From: Chiloscyllium plagiosum
Lineage: Eukaryota
Direction of reading: 5' to 3'
DNA length: 64,000 nt
Assembly (NCBI RefSeq): GCF_004010195.1
Contig: NC_057720.1
Coordinates: forward strand, 19,831,269 to 19,895,268
The notes beneath the pieces were generated by a model. That model worked only from the letters and a program-made list of their open reading frames with translations, did no database searches and was not told the DNA's origin. Shown here piece after piece: positions 62,831-64,000 of the stretch; the stretch's first letter is position 1; the number at the start of each line of letters is the position of its first letter. Both the position numbers and the translations under genes were made by a program.

Positions 62831-64000
62831 CTGGCATCCAACTTAATTGGTTTTCCATGTTGAGGTGTGTGGTAGAGACAGCATTTAATGCATATGGTAA
62901 TCATTATATCATTGAGCTTTGGTTTCACCAGTAAGCATTCCAGGAACTAAAAACATTTATTATGATCTACTGCCACAGAAAGAGGCAATGGTTCAGAATT
63001 TCCAATACTGTATAATGGTATAATGTATGGCAGAATAATTAAGACAGAAAAAAACAACTTGACTTCATTCTGAAAGCATCACTAAATACACCAAAATGTT
63101 CACATAATGTCTAAGTAACCATGTTTCACCTTTGTTTCTTTTGAGATCTTCACAAGATTAAAAATCTCTCTCACCTGAAAGAATGCTGAGAACAGTGCAT
63201 CACTGGCAAAACATTTCCTATAAAACACTGCAACATACAAATGCAAAGCAGAAACGCTGAGACATTCTTGGATGTCAATACAAACACTGATGTGAAACAA
63301 TGTTGATTTACACTATGACATATCCTTATGCTTAGGTCATCCAAGTAAAAACATGACTAGTACAACAATGAAAGAAAACAGAAAAAGTTCAGCATTGTCT
63401 TAAATGATTGTGTCCAGTTAGTTTACATATATGTAGCATTTATAGAATATACATATAGTATATAAAACCTAGATTTTAATAAATTACATAAGGCAACTTT
63501 CCAAAGGTTAAGACTTTTTCAACGCAATACACTTAATATACAAGAATTAATATGTTTGCTTTAATATAGCTTAGTGTCTTGTGTAAAAGGTAATGTAAAC
63601 AAAAACATATATGCAAAATGAACATATATAAATAATAAACTGAAGCACAAATTAAAAAGATAATATTGTTCCAATTCACATTTTAAGACACAGTCCCTAA
63701 TGAGAACATCATTTTGGTCACTGACTAGACTATATATTTCAATACAGAGTAAAGACTACAAGTTTTGCACTTTGAACGTCTCTGTTTATCATATATAGAT
63801 AAAACATTAATATGGAAATATTTCAACATTTTGTACATTAAGGAACATACCTTGTTGCTTGTTTATGCAGTTCTTAAAGATTGCTATAGTAAGTTTTGAT
63901 TGCACAATTAAGAATGGCAGCAGAGGATGCAAAGCTTGTAAGACTTTGGATGATTACAAAAAAAATCTATTACTATCATTTACTATTGCCATCAAGTATG

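Overview
Vertebrate genomic DNA. The repeat content points to an elasmobranch (shark): HE1/V-SINE-type SINEs, CR1, L2, RTE and Rex1 LINE fragments, and Penelope-like elements. The window holds the first five coding exons of ABCA4 on the minus strand (15547 down to 3383). Exon sizes are 66/94/142/140/128 bp, matching the human gene as I recall it, and exon 4 uses a GC donor. The gene continues off the left edge. The remaining ~48 kb is upstream intergenic DNA dominated by nested, decayed retroelements. The AT-rich right end may be the 3' UTR of the next minus-strand gene. The most unusual signals are: (i) about ten short Penelope pLTR insertions carrying minimal hammerhead ribozyme cores, several folded back as hairpins with 10-18 bp TSDs and some inside ABCA4 introns; (ii) a 2.5 kb palindrome centred on such an insertion, which is either a real fold-back capture of flanking DNA or an assembly/read chimera; (iii) a tRNA-Ser(TGA)+spacer+SINE chimeric retrocopy; (iv) a unique island with a homeodomain-site cluster and a well-bounded non-coding exon candidate. 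There are two assembly gaps (32557-32612, 54696-55236). Repeat family names come from recognition by eye and repeat boundaries are approximate.
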